Part shown: positions 29,206-38,360 of the stretch, piece by piece
How positions within the stretch are numbered: the first letter of the stretch is position 1
Layout: each line of letters starts with the position of its first letter
From: a virus
DNA length: 64,000 nt
Reading direction: 5' to 3' (one strand)
Virus record (IMG/VR): IMGVR_UViG_3300016471_001035
Location: 32,001 to 96,000 of that record
Program-made: the position numbers and the translations under genes
Notes under the pieces: generated by a model
Databases searched by the model: none
What the model saw: the letters and a program-made list of their open reading frames with translations, nothing else
What the model was told of the DNA's origin: nothing

Positions 29206-29604
29206 GTTTTTATTAACATCGATAACTGCATTTAATTTCTTAAGAAACGGCTCTCCAACTAAAATAGGATCTTCATTCTCTGTTCTATCTGCTATACTAA
29301 AAGTGACACCGCTATATTGTTTACCATCAACTTTAATATCAAATTCAACAGTTGGCCTTTCTTCTTTTACACCACTTCCAATATGTATCGTAATTGAACC
29401 AGTCTTTGGTTTTGTTATTCTCTTATCGTTAACAGTCGTAAAAGTAACATTTTCACCTTCCTCAGATATATTTACCCCATGTAAAACATTGTAAGCCTCA
29501 TTACCACTATCTACCTTTGCCTTTATTTTGCCAATACCATCTATTTCGATGAGTTCATTTACTCCGAATACTGGTTTATTATAAAAATCTTTGAACGATT
29601 GCAC
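29170..29604 (-). CDS. retropepsin-like aspartic protease (RimK-associated/RimB type)
   Basis: KAKVDSGN, EERPTV, FSIADR, ILVGEPFL. Confidence 0.8.
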   Translation of the reverse strand: MQSFKDFYNKPVFGVNELIEIDGIGKIKAKVDSGNEAYNVLHGVNISEEGENVTFTTVNDKRITKPKTGSITIHIGSGVKEERPTVEFDIKVDGKQYSGVTFSIADRTENEDPILVGEPFLKKLNAVIDVNKNSESSEPNTPQN

Positions 29605-29649
29605 AAAGATATTTATTGATTAATAAGAGGTTTTCATGATAATAGTATT

Positions 29650-30057
29650 ATGGATAACCTATTTAGAAAGTGTACCGAAATTTCTTATGCTTTACTAAAA
29701 AAGCATGGTAATTATCGTTGTAAGCATTTCTCTTTTATTTTTCATAAAAATCGGCTTATTTCTATAGGTATTAATAATCCGAATAAAACACATCCAAAAA
29801 ATTTAGAAATAGGGTTTTATAATAGGCGCGGTGAAGACATATCTCATACAATAGGTGTTCATTCTGAGCTTTCAGCAATACTAAAACTCGGAGAAGAAGA
29901 TTGTTCTAAATTTACACTAGTCAATACACGTATTAACCGTAATCACCAATTAGATTTATCTAAGCCTTGTGACGGCTGTACTTCGTTGTTAGAACAGCTT
30001 AATTTTAAAAAAGTTTACTATTCAACAATTAAAGGTTACCAGTTCTTACAGCTATAA
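29650..30057 (+). CDS. zinc-dependent CMP/dCMP-deaminase-fold protein
   Basis: IGIN, HSE, SKPCDGC, VYYS. Confidence 0.82.
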   Translation: MDNLFRKCTEISYALLKKHGNYRCKHFSFIFHKNRLISIGINNPNKTHPKNLEIGFYNRRGEDISHTIGVHSELSAILKLGEEDCSKFTLVNTRINRNHQLDLSKPCDGCTSLLEQLNFKKVYYSTIKGYQFLQL

Positions 30058-30323
30058 TATTTTGCAGTACCGGGTTTTGCAGAAGAGCATTTATGGCGGG
30101 CTCTAAACGATTTACGTTTTTTAGGGTTAGATTTTTTTATTCTTAAATTTGGATCTCCGTAATGTACACGTTTTAACTTACCATCAACTTTAGCACAACG
30201 CATATATTTTTTATCTGATCTAGTAGAGGCTTGCTGCCCGGTAACTTTAGTACAGCGAGAACCTTTCTTTTCTTCAATTATATCTTGTTCTAATGCATTT
30301 AAAAACGCTTGTTCGAATAACAT
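30036..30323 (-). CDS. small basic viral protein
   Basis: KRVHYGDPNLRIKK.NPKKRKSFRARHKC...YYSCKNW; TATAAATA-N5-ATG. Confidence 0.75.
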   Translation of the reverse strand: MLFEQAFLNALEQDIIEEKKGSRCTKVTGQQASTRSDKKYMRCAKVDGKLKRVHYGDPNLRIKKSNPKKRKSFRARHKCSSAKPGTAKYYSCKNW

Positions 30324-30354
30324 AAAATTATTTATATTTTGAATAAATATTTAT

Positions 30355-30924
30355 ATGTTCGCTAAGGACTATCATTTACTAAATGAAATTTATTCTCAAA
30401 AAATAAATGAGATGAATATAGGTCCAAAAGGTGATAATGAAGGAGTTACACCTACACCAAATCAAATTACAAGAGTTCAATTACCTCCTAAAAGAAAGTG
30501 CGGTGAACAAGCAGAAGAGCCTTCTGAAGATTGTGAAGGACATAACCCCGAAACTTATGACAGTAACGGTACTATGTCTAGACAGCTACTGTTTAGAATT
30601 TTTAAACTTTCAGCAATGCTACATGATATTTTAAATGGTAAAGACAATGTTGAAGCTTGGGTTTTGAGTAAAATAACCAATGCACATGATCAATTAGAAT
30701 CTGTTTTCGGTTATGAAGATTATGAAGCTGCAAAAAACCCTGCACATGGAGCTTGCGGTGCTAATAACTTCGAAGAAAGCAATGAGGAAGACATTTATTC
30801 AGCTATTGCAAAGGGTGGGGATGATATTTTACATCATATTCAAAAAATATTACGTAGAGAATCAAAAGACACTTTAGAAAAAGTTCTGCTTGAAACTATT
30901 TCTTTATTAGAGAAGAAAAATTAA
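30355..30924 (+). CDS. hypothetical late protein
   Basis: DNVEAWVLSKITNAHDQLESVFGY motif; AATAAATA-N5-ATG. Confidence 0.75.
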   Translation: MFAKDYHLLNEIYSQKINEMNIGPKGDNEGVTPTPNQITRVQLPPKRKCGEQAEEPSEDCEGHNPETYDSNGTMSRQLLFRIFKLSAMLHDILNGKDNVEAWVLSKITNAHDQLESVFGYEDYEAAKNPAHGACGANNFEESNEEDIYSAIAKGGDDILHHIQKILRRESKDTLEKVLLETISLLEKKN

Positions 30925-31577
30925 CCTAATTTTTTATTAAACAAATTATAGATACTCTCGTCATATTTACCTAACACCTGTGTAATAATTTGTTTTCTTT
31001 TTTCTGGAGTACTAGTTTTGTACAAATTTCTAAGTTCAGATGCACTAGTAATGTTTTTACCCCCTACACTAAATTTAATAGTACCAGGAGAATAAATGTA
31101 GCCGTGACCTCCTTCTTCTTTGAAAGGCTGCAATTCATTTAAACTCTTAAATGGTTGAAAATATGTTGGTGTACCTTTTTTTGTCATACCAAAAGCAAAT
31201 CTTGGATCATCTTTCATATCTTTTTCACCGACAATATAAATTACCTTTGCAACGTTTTGATCGTAATTTTGTAAAATTTCTACAGGTTTGTACGGCTGCC
31301 TTACCAAAGCAATCTCTTTTTCTGGTATACCCGCAGCTAGCATAATTTGTTTTTTCTCATTATAATTAAAAGGATATCTTTCCGGTTCTTTTAAAGATGC
31401 TTTTTCAGGTATATCGGATGTTGCTATAAAAAAATCTGCACCTGGAAATTTTCTTTTAGCTAAATCGAAAAACTCTTTATGACCTTTATGAAACGGTTGA
31501 AACCGTCCTGGAAAAATAACAATTAAGTTATTTTTTTGCGGCATTAAAATTTCATTTACTAGATCGTCAAATCTCAT
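30921..31577 (-). CDS. HIGH-motif nucleotidyltransferase (cytidylyltransferase-like)
   Basis: FPGRFQPFHKGH, VGEKD, SASELR. Confidence 0.85.
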   Translation of the reverse strand: MRFDDLVNEILMPQKNNLIVIFPGRFQPFHKGHKEFFDLAKRKFPGADFFIATSDIPEKASLKEPERYPFNYNEKKQIMLAAGIPEKEIALVRQPYKPVEILQNYDQNVAKVIYIVGEKDMKDDPRFAFGMTKKGTPTYFQPFKSLNELQPFKEEGGHGYIYSPGTIKFSVGGKNITSASELRNLYKTSTPEKRKQIITQVLGKYDESIYNLFNKKLG

Positions 31578-32785
31578 AACTGTACTCCAGGAGTTTGCAT
31601 TAATTTAGCACCTTCCTTACCATAGGGAGGGTTCGTCTCATAATTATTTGTATTATTAACACGGTTGACATTATTTAAAAATCCCTTAATACCCTCTTCG
31701 TTTTCTTGTTTTCTGAACTTACTTGCCTCTTTACCAGTTATAAAACTACCAGTTATTTTAACAGGATTGCTAGATAAAGAAGGATCTCTTATAACAATAC
31801 CTTCTTGTGTAGTAAGAGACCCTAAAACAGACGATGCTACGTTTTTAATTGCATCACCCATTAAAATTGTAGCTTGATAAAAAACAGCTCCATTGATTGC
31901 TTTTTCTATATCTTTTTTATTATTACCTAAATAATGATCCATAGGAACACCTGCAGAAATATTTTTAAAATTTTCTAGACTCATAGCGCTTATAGTTTTT
32001 CCAGAAGAAAGCTTTATTTTTTCAGCACGAGGATTTTTTGCTTTTAAGAGCCATGTTTTTAATGGTTGTGTAACGCCGTTTTTTGTATCATAATTTACAG
32101 TAAAATTAGAACTTAATGCATCGTTAAAATTAACTTTTTCTTTTAAATTGATAGTAAATTCATGCTCTACATCAAATCCTTGTTTTTTAGCTATAGGGTT
32201 AACTTTTTCTATTAAATTTTGTAATGCAGTTTTATCGTAAGCAATCTCTCTAGAAGCTCTGCTTTCAGAACCTCTTACCGGGCTTTTGATTTTTATAATT
32301 TCATTTAAACCATGAATTGCTAAGAAATTACTAGCATAACCTATAACATTTGTTGATCCTTTAACAAATTCCATATTAAAAAGAATATTGGGATTATCCC
32401 ACATTTTTAATTTTTTTAAATCCTTTTCTATACTTGGTAATGCAGAATTAAATATAGAAAGCACTATCTTACCGGTTTCGAGCATACCATGGCCTTGTGG
32501 AAATCTTTGTCCTAGCCTTTCAATTGTAACGCCTTCTATATCTTCAAGTTTATTTGAGCCCCTATCCATAGCAAACTCTTTTTTACCTTCTTTATTAGTA
32601 ATTAACTTAATAGAAGCATTTACACCATCTATTTTTACTGCAGCTGATTTTTTTGTCAAACTATTAACAGCTTTATTAAAAAAATTAATAAGATCCTTTC
32701 CAGTATTAACGTTAGGCAAATCAAATGGGTGGGCCATATGGCCTGCTACTCCACCTTCAAGTAAGAATTGTTTAAAAGTTATCAT
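31574..32785 (-). CDS. KxDG ligase/nucleotidyltransferase-like protein (DUF6267-like)
   Basis: EGGVAGHMAHPFD, VKIDG, NMEFV, EGIVIR, VKITG. Confidence 0.65.
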   Translation of the reverse strand: MITFKQFLLEGGVAGHMAHPFDLPNVNTGKDLINFFNKAVNSLTKKSAAVKIDGVNASIKLITNKEGKKEFAMDRGSNKLEDIEGVTIERLGQRFPQGHGMLETGKIVLSIFNSALPSIEKDLKKLKMWDNPNILFNMEFVKGSTNVIGYASNFLAIHGLNEIIKIKSPVRGSESRASREIAYDKTALQNLIEKVNPIAKKQGFDVEHEFTINLKEKVNFNDALSSNFTVNYDTKNGVTQPLKTWLLKAKNPRAEKIKLSSGKTISAMSLENFKNISAGVPMDHYLGNNKKDIEKAINGAVFYQATILMGDAIKNVASSVLGSLTTQEGIVIRDPSLSSNPVKITGSFITGKEASKFRKQENEEGIKGFLNNVNRVNNTNNYETNPPYGKEGAKLMQTPGVQL

Positions 32786-34185
32786 ACTATTACGTTAAAC
32801 CCGCCCCTGGCTACGGTTCCTCCTGTACCCGGGTCAACTCGCTCAAATTCAGCCGATTTAGTTATACACATTTTAAGATTATAGTTATAATCATTAGTAA
32901 ATTCACCTATAACTATTTGCTTGTTTGTTATACTATTAAAAAATATAATATAGCTAAATTTTTCTTTAAATTGATAATCTGCAATTTGAATACCCGAAAC
33001 TATCTTAGCAGCGTAATCAGAATTGAAAGCCTGGCCTATACTGGTAATGTAACTTAATATAAACTTTTTATCTACACTATCAGGATAAACTGAAAATTGT
33101 GAAATTTTTTCTGCTAAAACCTTAGGATCCTTTTCATAATTAAAATAATTTCTAAATGTTTTAACCTCTTTACCTTCACTACTTTTCTTATATTCATTAA
33201 TTTTATCTACAAATTGTGTACCAATTTTAGTACCGGTAAGCTTATCACCAGCTAATGCAAAAGCTTTAGTCGCTGTATTTTTGCTAACTATGGAATTTAA
33301 ATCAAAATTACCTGAATTTATTAAATTAGATAAATCAATAAATCGCTTTTGATTTTGTGTTAATCTTGCCCCGGAAAAAGATAATTTATCTTTTAAAGGT
33401 TTAAACAAATCTATAAAATCTCTCTTTAAATTAAAATCCATTTGCGCTCTAAACTTACCATATTCTGCTCTTAATGATGCCATCACTCTACTAGCTGCAT
33501 CAACAACATCTTTTTTCCCCGGTCTTCCCCCTGTATCCTCTTTAGTAGAGCCCTTTAATTCAACTTTTTTTCCGTCTTGAAAAGCTAAATCTCCTACATC
33601 AGGATTAACCATTTCACTGTACAAGGTAGCTAGCACTTCACCCGGTCCTAACGAAACATTACCTTCCGAAAAAACTAAATTTTTTTCTATATCTTTTACT
33701 AAGTTATTACTACTTAATTGTTTTAGTTTAACAGGAAAATTTGTAATAAAACTATTAAAAGTTTTACTAGATAAATTATCTTTAAAGTTATGTAGCGTTT
33801 TTTTGAGTTTTAAAATAGTATTAATATCTTCAATAATTTCTTTTACCACACCTGTATTATTTGTTTTTAAATTTCTCTCTAGTATTGTTATTAATAATGG
33901 TACACCTATGCTAATAGCTACCTGACTCCATCCGCCTGCTTGAAACCATTTACTAACTTCTTGATTAAGATTAGAAGATATTTTTTGCTCTGCTCCTAAA
34001 AGCTTGCTAGCAGTATAATCACTGGTTACTAATTCTTTTACTCTACCATCATCAAAAGTAATCTTTACTTTTGCTTCCCCTAGTATGTTTTGTCTCGGTA
34101 AAAGAGGTATTGGTTTGGCAAACGATTCCTTTAGATAGATATCTGTAAGCGGCTTATACGGCTTCTTATTTTGCTGCTTCGACAT
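32782..34185 (-). CDS. protein with PD-(D/E)xK nuclease-like domain
   Basis: LGPGEV...GDL....KKVELKG. Confidence 0.65.
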   Translation of the reverse strand: MSKQQNKKPYKPLTDIYLKESFAKPIPLLPRQNILGEAKVKITFDDGRVKELVTSDYTASKLLGAEQKISSNLNQEVSKWFQAGGWSQVAISIGVPLLITILERNLKTNNTGVVKEIIEDINTILKLKKTLHNFKDNLSSKTFNSFITNFPVKLKQLSSNNLVKDIEKNLVFSEGNVSLGPGEVLATLYSEMVNPDVGDLAFQDGKKVELKGSTKEDTGGRPGKKDVVDAASRVMASLRAEYGKFRAQMDFNLKRDFIDLFKPLKDKLSFSGARLTQNQKRFIDLSNLINSGNFDLNSIVSKNTATKAFALAGDKLTGTKIGTQFVDKINEYKKSSEGKEVKTFRNYFNYEKDPKVLAEKISQFSVYPDSVDKKFILSYITSIGQAFNSDYAAKIVSGIQIADYQFKEKFSYIIFFNSITNKQIVIGEFTNDYNYNLKMCITKSAEFERVDPGTGGTVARGGFNVIV

Positions 34186-34186
34186 A

Positions 34187-34624
34187 TCATCCTAGTTTTG
34201 GATCATTACTAAATTTTTTCATAGTATTTAAAAGCTGCTTATATTTTGCCATAAAATTATTTTCGTTAATTGAACCGATAAAAGATTTAAAATGAGGATT
34301 TTCTAGTCTAATAATGTTATCTTCTGATGTCTCACTAGTACGTATAGCCGATTGCAATCCCTCTCTTACTGTTGTTGCATTTTCTTTAGTTATTGGTGTG
34401 GTAAAAAGCGTGTCTATTGAGCCTGTAGGTATATTCATTACTAATGCTTTAGCTAGCATTCTAACCATATCAACATAACCCTCTGGGGGAATAGCAGCGG
34501 TTTCTGCTGGCTGAGGTGCAGGAGCAGGTTGCTCTTGGGCAGGTGCTGGGGCTGCAGCATCTTGCGGTTGGTCTTGTTCATTAAACAGACTCATATACTT
34601 AGAAATTTTGTCGTTAAATCTCAT
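34187..34624 (-). CDS. hypothetical late protein with Pro/Ala linker
   Basis: MRFNDKISKYMSLFNEQ..APAPAQ. Confidence 0.7.
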   Translation of the reverse strand: MRFNDKISKYMSLFNEQDQPQDAAAPAPAQEQPAPAPQPAETAAIPPEGYVDMVRMLAKALVMNIPTGSIDTLFTTPITKENATTVREGLQSAIRTSETSEDNIIRLENPHFKSFIGSINENNFMAKYKQLLNTMKKFSNDPKLG

Positions 34625-34659
34625 ATAGATATACTACGTATTTAAATATTTAATAATTT

Positions 34660-35220
34660 TTACACTAAAATAAGCTGTTTTGATTTTAATTGATTAAAGT
34701 AATCTTTATTAAGAAATAACAATCCAAATTTTTTAGTAAACGTCTTTACTTTGCTAAATGTATAATTCTCAAGGCTCACGGTGTCTAAATATGCTCTTAT
34801 GCTATTAATTAATTCTGTGCTTCTACCGTCATTTTTGTGTAACAAATGAGTTAAGAAGTCAAAGGAAATAGTGGAAATAAAGATTTTAATAGGTAATAGC
34901 TTTTTTAATTGCTTAAAAATAACATTTAAAAGGTTTAAAATGTCTTCTTCTTTAAAATATTTTAAAATTTGATAGTTACCCAGTTGGTTATTATTAAAGT
35001 AGATTATACTTTTCTCTTTAATTTTGTTTTGAAGTAATGATTCACAAATTCCTAAAATTATATGATGATAAAAAAACTTCTTTGCATTAGAAGAGATTCT
35101 TTCAGTGAGCAAGCCATGCTTGTGCAAATCATTAATTATATTAAGCTCTATATCTCTAAAAAGATAATTAAAATTAATGATTCTAAAATTATATTGCTTA
35201 AACTCTAAGAACCCTATCAT
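34660..35220 (-). CDS. hypothetical protein (possibly degenerate PIN/5'-nuclease N-terminal fold)
   Basis: 186-aa ORF with TTGAAA-N16-CATAAT-N6-ATG promoter; fold guess is weak. Confidence 0.6.
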   Translation of the reverse strand: MIGFLEFKQYNFRIINFNYLFRDIELNIINDLHKHGLLTERISSNAKKFFYHHIILGICESLLQNKIKEKSIIYFNNNQLGNYQILKYFKEEDILNLLNVIFKQLKKLLPIKIFISTISFDFLTHLLHKNDGRSTELINSIRAYLDTVSLENYTFSKVKTFTKKFGLLFLNKDYFNQLKSKQLILV

Positions 35221-35240
35221 TAATAAATTATGGCTTCAAT

Positions 35241-35660
35241 CTAAATCTTTTCAAGAAAATTCTTAGGCGGACGTCCTATTCTTACGTTGATAATACCATT
35301 ATAATAGTCATCTCTCATTAATACATTATTTTGTATTTGCTCCGAGATTTCAAAATATGCTAATTCCCATTTTGAACCGCATGTTTTTAAAATTTTAAAA
35401 ATAAACTTATCTTTACCATATTTTTTAATATCTTCGTTTAGCTCAGTTGATGAACTTGTATATTCCTTCCAATCAGATTCCTTTATTTCAACACGTTTAT
35501 TTTTTCTGCCTTTTAAAGGCTTGCGCTTTAATTTTGATTTACATTGCTTTTTACCAATGTATTTTCTACCATTAACAGTGTTTATTATTTCATAAATAAA
35601 TCCAAAAGTATCTTTATTTATAGAAACACCTTCTTTTAAAATCCAGTGACCTAAATCCAT
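35241..35660 (-). CDS. single-domain GIY-YIG-family nuclease
   Basis: GFIYEIIN..NGRKYIGKK, ESDWKEYTSS, YFE, YYN. Confidence 0.8.
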   Translation of the reverse strand: MDLGHWILKEGVSINKDTFGFIYEIINTVNGRKYIGKKQCKSKLKRKPLKGRKNKRVEIKESDWKEYTSSSTELNEDIKKYGKDKFIFKILKTCGSKWELAYFEISEQIQNNVLMRDDYYNGIINVRIGRPPKNFLEKI

Positions 35661-35676
35661 ATTATACTTAACAAAA

Positions 35677-35931
35677 TTACATTTCTAATCCAGGAAGCGG
35701 GCGTCTTTGAACTTTTAAAGTTATTTTTTTCTTTTTTTTCTTTGCACCTAAAATTTTAGGAATTCTAGCATCGCCCGGTGCATATGCTTTGTCGTTCTGT
35801 GAGGGAAATTGATTACCGAATTCCCCGGGAGCACCGCTTGTTCCCGCGCCAAAAACACTAGCAGGTCCGCCTGCAACATTTGATTCTAATAATTCTAAAA
35901 ACTTTGCTTTAAATGAAACAATTGATTTCAT
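35677..35931 (-). CDS. 84-aa protein carrying a copy of the MCP N-arm plus poly-Lys tail
   Basis: GNQFPSQNDKAYAPGDARIPKIL vs MCP GNQFPSQNDAAYAQGDARLPKIL; then GAKKKKKK. Confidence 0.85.
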   Translation of the reverse strand: MKSIVSFKAKFLELLESNVAGGPASVFGAGTSGAPGEFGNQFPSQNDKAYAPGDARIPKILGAKKKKKKITLKVQRRPLPGLEM

Positions 35932-35957
35932 ATAACTTTATACTATTATTTAAGTTA

Positions 35958-36350
35958 ATGCAGCTAGAAGATTACATAAAAGAGTTAGAATTAGACTTAA
36001 AAATCAATGAGCTTGAGTTAAAAGATTATCAGCTTAAACTACCCGGAATAAAGCATAAATGGGCAGGGAGATGCATTCGTCACAAGTTGGAGCTTAACGA
36101 TTTACGTAAAAAAAGAGAATTTTTAAAACGAACTTTGGTTGAAAAGCTTCAAGAGCAGAGCCCAGTAAAACTAAACCTACCTGTCGCAGAGAGAACAGTA
36201 GAAAAGCATAGTGAGTTGGCAGAGATGGACGAGCGTATGAAACAATTAGAACTTATAGTAGAACTGCTTGAAAAGTCTGAAAAAACTTTGAGCGCAACGT
36301 CTTATGATTTAAAAAATATTATTGACATAATAAAGCTTGAGACGACATGA
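35958..36350 (+). CDS. uvsY: UvsY-like recombination mediator
   Basis: DLKINE, LPGIKHKW, YDLKNIID; coupled to uvsW. Confidence 0.8.
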   Translation: MQLEDYIKELELDLKINELELKDYQLKLPGIKHKWAGRCIRHKLELNDLRKKREFLKRTLVEKLQEQSPVKLNLPVAERTVEKHSELAEMDERMKQLELIVELLEKSEKTLSATSYDLKNIIDIIKLETT

Positions 36351-37807
36351 TTTCATTTACACTCGACGCCAAGAAAGGTATGGGGATTATTTCTGGTGAT
36401 ATGCTAGAAGATGTACGTGAATTTTTTTCAGTTAAAAATGAAGCTGCTTTTTTTATGCGTAAAAAATATGGCCGGTTTTTACCTCAGCGTACTTATGCAA
36501 TAACGCCTGCAGGTAAATTTGAGCCCGGGCTTTATTTTGAAATTAGAAAATACCTAACTAACAATCAATATGTAGGTAATGTTACTACCGATGAACAGCT
36601 ATTTAACACTATTAGCCCATCTAGAAAATGGACAGACAATCCTCAATTTTCTTCTGACATTATTTCTCTTTCATTACCCCTAAGAGATTATCAAGAGGAA
36701 ATAGTTAAGAAAGCTTTTAATATTGGTAGAGGTACAATTATATTAGCAACTGCAGGGGGCAAGACATTAACTGCTGCATCTCTTTTAACCAAGCTCTTTA
36801 TTTTGTTTGGTACTTCCTTCAAATGTCTTTACATAGTACCTGATCTAGGCCTTGTCGAGCAAACATCTAACGATTTTAAAACCTACAACGTACCTTTCTC
36901 AGTAGGCAAATGGACAGGTAATTCTCCACTAGATAGCGAGATTAAGAATGTTACAGTAGCTAATTTAGGAATTTTACAAAGTAAAAATACAGATTTAACT
37001 TGGATAGAAAATATAGATGCTCTTATTGTTGATGAGGTTCATAAAATTCGTAGAGGTAATGAAGTTAATAAAATTATTAAAAGAATTAAAACTCCAGTGC
37101 GATTTGGCTTTACTGGTACTATGCCAGAAAATCCTCTAGATCAGTGGAATATTATAGGTAAGATAGGGCCTATAATATATGAAAAAAACAGTTATGAATT
37201 AAGATTAGAAAATTTTGTAAGCAATGTACAAGTACAAATTATAAAAATATTATACAAAGAGGATCCCTTTAAAGATTCAATTATCTCTTCTTCTAATTTA
37301 TATAGAGAAGAACTTAGGTTTTTAATGCGTAATAGATTTAGAAATAATGTTATTGGAAAGCTTGGATGTAAATTATCAAACAATTCATTAATACTCGTCG
37401 ACTACATAGAGCATGGTGAAGCTCTTTATAAGACAATTAAAGAAATGTGCCCTGAAAAGCAATGTTATTTTATTAGAGGTGAAGTTGAAGTCACTGAAAG
37501 AGAAAAAATTAGAAAGTTAATGGAAGATCACCATGATGTTGTGGTGGTAGCGATTTCTAAAATATTTTCTACCGGTATTAACATTAAGAATTTACATTAT
37601 ATTATTTTTGCATGCGGTGGAAAAGCAAAAATTAAAATAGTACAATCAATAGGCAGAGGCCTTCGCTTGCATAAGGATAAAGATAAGCTTATAATATTCG
37701 ACATTGCAGATGACTTAAAATATAGTCTTTTGCATGCTGACAAAAGAATACTTTTATATGAAAAAGAAAAAATCAACTACACAATTAAAGAAGTCCAAGA
37801 AAATTAA
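36347..37807 (+). CDS. uvsW: UvsW helicase
   Basis: LRDYQ, ATAGGKT, VDEVH, GFTGT, FSTGINI, QSIGRGLR, DIADD. Confidence 0.95.
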   Translation: MISFTLDAKKGMGIISGDMLEDVREFFSVKNEAAFFMRKKYGRFLPQRTYAITPAGKFEPGLYFEIRKYLTNNQYVGNVTTDEQLFNTISPSRKWTDNPQFSSDIISLSLPLRDYQEEIVKKAFNIGRGTIILATAGGKTLTAASLLTKLFILFGTSFKCLYIVPDLGLVEQTSNDFKTYNVPFSVGKWTGNSPLDSEIKNVTVANLGILQSKNTDLTWIENIDALIVDEVHKIRRGNEVNKIIKRIKTPVRFGFTGTMPENPLDQWNIIGKIGPIIYEKNSYELRLENFVSNVQVQIIKILYKEDPFKDSIISSSNLYREELRFLMRNRFRNNVIGKLGCKLSNNSLILVDYIEHGEALYKTIKEMCPEKQCYFIRGEVEVTEREKIRKLMEDHHDVVVVAISKIFSTGINIKNLHYIIFACGGKAKIKIVQSIGRGLRLHKDKDKLIIFDIADDLKYSLLHADKRILLYEKEKINYTIKEVQEN

Positions 37808-38360
37808 ATCTAAGGGAACTAAGGAGGCTCTAACAGAGGAAAATACTGGCTCTGTTGAAAATGATCCTCAGCTTCAAAAGCTCTTAAAAGAAGGGAAGAT
37901 ACCTCTTGCTGCCGAGCCGGTTAAGAAAGGTAAAGACAAGGTACATTATGTTAACGGTAAAGAATTTGAAGAAGAGATAAGAAGATATTATAAATCAGGC
38001 AACGTTACACAGAAATTAGGCGAAAGCATTACAAAGATTGCACACGGACTATCTTACGCGCCTAACTTTATCAATTATAGTTATAAAGATGATATGATTG
38101 GAGACGCTATAGTAAAAATGTTCTCTGCTTTAAGAAATAAAAAGTTTAAGCTTGATACTGGATTTAGTCCTTTTTCTTATTTTACTACAATTGCTTTCCA
38201 CGCATTTATTAATCGTATTAAAAAAGAAAATAAGCATCACGCAGTATTAAATGAATACAGAGAAAAGGTGTATACCGACTTAATGTTAGATCCTGATGTC
38301 GCAGGAAATGCGCATATCTATGTTGAACCGACAGATGATAATTATAACTCTACTGGGTGA
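37758..38360 (+). CDS. gp55: late-transcription sigma factor gp55
   Basis: HYVNGKEF, PNFINYSYKDDMIGDA, PFSYFTTIAFHAFINRIKKE. Confidence 0.93.
   Translation: MKKKKSTTQLKKSKKIKSKGTKEALTEENTGSVENDPQLQKLLKEGKIPLAAEPVKKGKDKVHYVNGKEFEEEIRRYYKSGNVTQKLGESITKIAHGLSYAPNFINYSYKDDMIGDAIVKMFSALRNKKFKLDTGFSPFSYFTTIAFHAFINRIKKENKHHAVLNEYREKVYTDLMLDPDVAGNAHIYVEPTDDNYNSTG

Noticed and set aside
35241-35660. Mobile homing endonuclease or intron
   Set aside because: Catalytic domain only, no DNA-binding extension, and no interrupted host gene nearby.
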